From Burkholderiales bacterium (lineage in GTDB: Bacteria; Pseudomonadota; Gammaproteobacteria; Burkholderiales; JAEUOS01), in contig JANNCZ010000603.1 in the NCBI GenBank assembly GCA_031387185.1, positions 1 through 37,408 of the forward strand: a stretch of DNA of 37,408 bases, written 5' to 3'. A program made the translations under genes and the position numbers. The notes under the pieces are model-generated. The model was given only the letters and a program-made list of their open reading frames with translations. It did not search any database and had not been told where the DNA came from. Positions within the stretch are counted from its first letter, which is position 1; each line of letters opens with the position of its first letter. Of this stretch, positions 35,393 through 37,408 are shown piece after piece.

Positions 35393-36220
35393 TCATCCAC
35401 CACCGTCCACCACGGCCTCAGCCACACTGCGGTCGTTGTCGGCACTGAAGCCGCCAATCTCCGCGCCGTTCCAACAAGGCCGCGCGAGAAAGCGCGCCCA
35501 CCATGCGGCGACCAGCGGCGTCAAGTGCGCCGGGCGCTGTTCTTCAAAACGCACCACGTAAGGCGCGGCGGCAATGTCGGCGAGGGTGAAACGTTCGCCA
35601 TAAATCCACGGCCCGCCGCTCTTGACGAGGTAGCGCTCGATCTGCATCGTCATGTCTTGCAGGATGTCGAGCGCGGCGTCGATCTCGGCTTTGGTGAAGG
35701 GATTGCGCGCCATGCGCGTCCACAAGTCGCGCCGCTCCTTGCTCGGGATGGCGGCAAGGCGCTCGGCCAGTTCCGCGTCTGACCACTTCTCGGCGATGGG
35801 GCGCATCAGCAGCGTCCAGTTCGGTTTCTGTACCGCCGGCAGGCAGGTGTCATCGATATATTTGGACCAGCGCCGCACTTCGTGACGTTGCAGCGGATCG
35901 TCCGGCATCAGCGGCGGCGTGGGGAAGGCCTCATCAAGATATTCGTTGATGAGATTGCTCTCAACCAGCGCAATGCCGCCTTGCTCCGGCGTGCCGTTGA
36001 CCAGCAGGCAAGGCACGATGCCGTTCGGGTTGAGGCGCTTGTACCAGGCGGTGTGATGCTGAAACCGGTTGATGTCAATCACGCGGCCCTGCCAGGCGAG
36101 ATTCTTCTCGGCGAGGCACAGGCGCACCTTGCGCGAGGCGCTTGAGTTCCAAGCGTGGTAGAGAACAAAATCGGGTTGGGGTGCAGCGATCAAGGCGGTG
36201 TCCTTTTTTTGTCGAAACAC
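35393..36220 (-). CDS. glutathione S-transferase family protein
   Basis: The thioredoxin-like N-domain includes LYHAWNSSASRKVRLCLAEKNL, NPNGIVPCL and VESNLINEYLDEAFP, followed by a helical C-domain. The start is uncertain: GTG 36220, or TTG 36193 with AAGGA upstream. Confidence 0.85.
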   Translation of the reverse strand: MFRQKKDTALIAAPQPDFVLYHAWNSSASRKVRLCLAEKNLAWQGRVIDINRFQHHTAWYKRLNPNGIVPCLLVNGTPEQGGIALVESNLINEYLDEAFPTPPLMPDDPLQRHEVRRWSKYIDDTCLPAVQKPNWTLLMRPIAEKWSDAELAERLAAIPSKERRDLWTRMARNPFTKAEIDAALDILQDMTMQIERYLVKSGGPWIYGERFTLADIAAAPYVVRFEEQRPAHLTPLVAAWWARFLARPCWNGAEIGGFSADNDRSVAEAVVDGGG

Positions 36221-36384
36221 TGCGGGTTTACCGCACGGCGGCGCGAAATCTGTTCAGGATGCGGAACGATGCGCAAAATGGTATGAGCCGAAGAGGCGCT
36301 CCCCAAGCCGCTCTACACAGCATGCAGGTGGAGAGGCGTAGCTGGGCCGTCGTTTGCACCAAGGCCCCACATCAGCGTGGCTCT

Positions 36385-36714
36385 TCAATGCGTAGCTGCT
36401 AGCCGCGCACTCGCCAGCCGATTCAGGCTGACGCCTTCCTCCGCTGCCTGCATCGCCAACGCGCGATGCACTTGCGGCGGGATGCGCACCTTGAACTGGC
36501 CGCTGTAAACCTTCTCTGACAACGGCTTTGGGGCTTCCTCGCGGCTGCGCTTCATGTCGGCAACCACACTCGCTACTGTCTTGCGAATGCCCGCCAGTGC
36601 TGCTTCGGGTTTGGCTGCAAGCCAACTCAAAGACGGAAATTCAGCGCACAGTCCCACGTGTTCGCCATCTTCCTGCGACCAGGTGACGCGATAGGTGTAA
36701 TGGTCAATGTTCAT
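36385..36714 (-). CDS. hicB: type II antitoxin HicB (HicB fold + C-terminal RHH)
   Basis: 109 aa. YTYRVTWSQEDGEHVGLCAEFPSLSWLA forms the HicB N-domain. KVRIPPQVHRALAMQAAEEGVSLNRL forms the RHH DNA-binding tail. Its ATG overlaps the hicA stop as ATGA. Confidence 0.88.
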   Translation of the reverse strand: MNIDHYTYRVTWSQEDGEHVGLCAEFPSLSWLAAKPEAALAGIRKTVASVVADMKRSREEAPKPLSEKVYSGQFKVRIPPQVHRALAMQAAEEGVSLNRLASARLAATH

Positions 36715-36971
36715 TTTCTCGCTTTCTCAAGCTGCGCCAATTGTTCAATCGCCAACAGCACCTGCCGCACCTGATAGGGCTTGGCGCGGCCTTTGGCATT
36801 CTGAATGTTGACGCGTGGATCGCCGGGCCATGGCGTTTTGTAAATAACGTGACTGGACGCGTTTTCCCGGGGTGTGCCGAAATAGGCGTTGCACACGGTC
36901 TTCAAATCGGCAAAGCGCACCCCGGCGGGCTGGGTGCGCATTTGCAGCAGAATTTTATCCAGTGCCGTCAT
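36711..36971 (-). CDS. hicA: type II toxin HicA-family mRNA interferase
   Basis: 86 aa with a YcfA/HicA-like pattern: ADLKTVCNAYFG......SSHVIYKTPW (catalytic His), then KPYQVRQVL. It lies upstream of hicB, as is usual. Confidence 0.85.
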   Translation of the reverse strand: MTALDKILLQMRTQPAGVRFADLKTVCNAYFGTPRENASSHVIYKTPWPGDPRVNIQNAKGRAKPYQVRQVLLAIEQLAQLEKARK

Positions 36972-36989
36972 GGAAGGATGATGCCATTA

Positions 36990-37006
36990 TTGACACCATT
37001 CGTCAA
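36990..37006. promoter_or_regulatory. candidate hicAB operator/-35 region
   Basis: The inverted repeat TTGAC-n7-GTCAA lies 19-35 nt upstream of the hicA start. The minus strand reads TTGACG there, a possible -35. Confidence 0.3.
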
Positions 37007-37035
37007 ACCGACCATGAAGGCAGGCTGACGGTGTT

Positions 37036-37408
37036 TCAGCGCACGGCAAAGCGATACGTGATGACGCCGCTATAGCGCTCGCCCGGATTGAGTAGCGCCG
37101 AGGGAAATCCCGGCTGATTGGGCGTGTCGGGAAATTTGCCTGGCTCAAGGCAGAGGCCGGTGCGGCAGTGATAGACCTTGCCGCCCTTGCCCACGTCTCG
37201 CGGCGCAACGCCCGCGAAGTTGTTGCCACTGAAAAACACCAGCCCGGGCTCGGTGCTGAGTACCTGCATCTCGCGGCCGGTGGCGGGTTCATACAGCGTC
37301 GCAGCCAGACCGTATTCTCCTGGTGGCTTGCTGACCACCCAGTTGAAATCGTAGCCGCGCGTGGACGGATGCATGAGGTAGGGGTCGTTGATGCGCGCCC
37401 CGATGCGC
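37036..37408 (-). CDS. galM: aldose 1-epimerase (galactose mutarotase), C-terminal fragment; gene continues beyond the window end
   Basis: The C-terminal mutarotase signature is GLCLEPGKFPDTPNQPGFPSALLNPGERYSGVITYRF. The reading frame stays open to the window edge. Confidence 0.8.
   Translation of the reverse strand, partial: RIGARINDPYLMHPSTRGYDFNWVVSKPPGEYGLAATLYEPATGREMQVLSTEPGLVFFSGNNFAGVAPRDVGKGGKVYHCRTGLCLEPGKFPDTPNQPGFPSALLNPGERYSGVITYRFAVR

Overview
High-GC chromosomal segment that looks betaproteobacterial (Burkholderiales-type content: Bug/TctC-family binding protein, pilMNOPQ-aroK, cyaY-lptM-lysA, DUF484-xerC). This taxonomic call is inference from gene content only. Positions 1-20.2 kb are ordinary core genome: aroK (partial), the type IV pilus assembly operon pilMNOPQ, PBP1A, cyaY, lptM, lysA, a HI0933-like flavoprotein, fbp, DUF484-xerC, rlmI, a FecR-domain protein, a COG0523 GTPase followed by a Cys-poor dksA, tRNA-Phe and rhlE. 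Positions 20.2-37.4 kb are an acyl-CoA type metabolic neighbourhood: biotinyl-domain protein, acyl-CoA dehydrogenase, cupin, Bug binding protein, alpha/beta hydrolase, thiolase, acyl-CoA synthetase, nitronate monooxygenase, methyltransferase, GST and galM (partial). Four type II toxin-antitoxin modules (three vapBC, one hicAB) are inserted into it. The most unusual structure is a small islet at about 25.56-28.04 kb. Two vapBC modules and about 370 bp of non-coding DNA are partitioned there by same-orientation copies of a roughly 110-bp repeat. Each copy is headed by short tandem AAAAGGG-type units, including a 4-unit 13-14 bp array. The islet abuts the 3' end of an FAH-family gene that has lost its catalytic core. 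No integrase or transposase lies in the islet, and the repeats do not satisfy integron attC rules, so their nature is open. Smaller oddities are a 76-aa membrane protein with an Asp/Ser/Gly tail wedged between xerC and rlmI, a DksA with only one of four zinc-finger cysteines next to COG0523, a translationally coupled unknown-protein and methyltransferase pair, and a palindrome-rich 555-bp pilM-mrcA intergenic region. I found no CRISPR array, rRNA, transposase or phage genes. All homology calls come from motif recognition by eye, not database searches.
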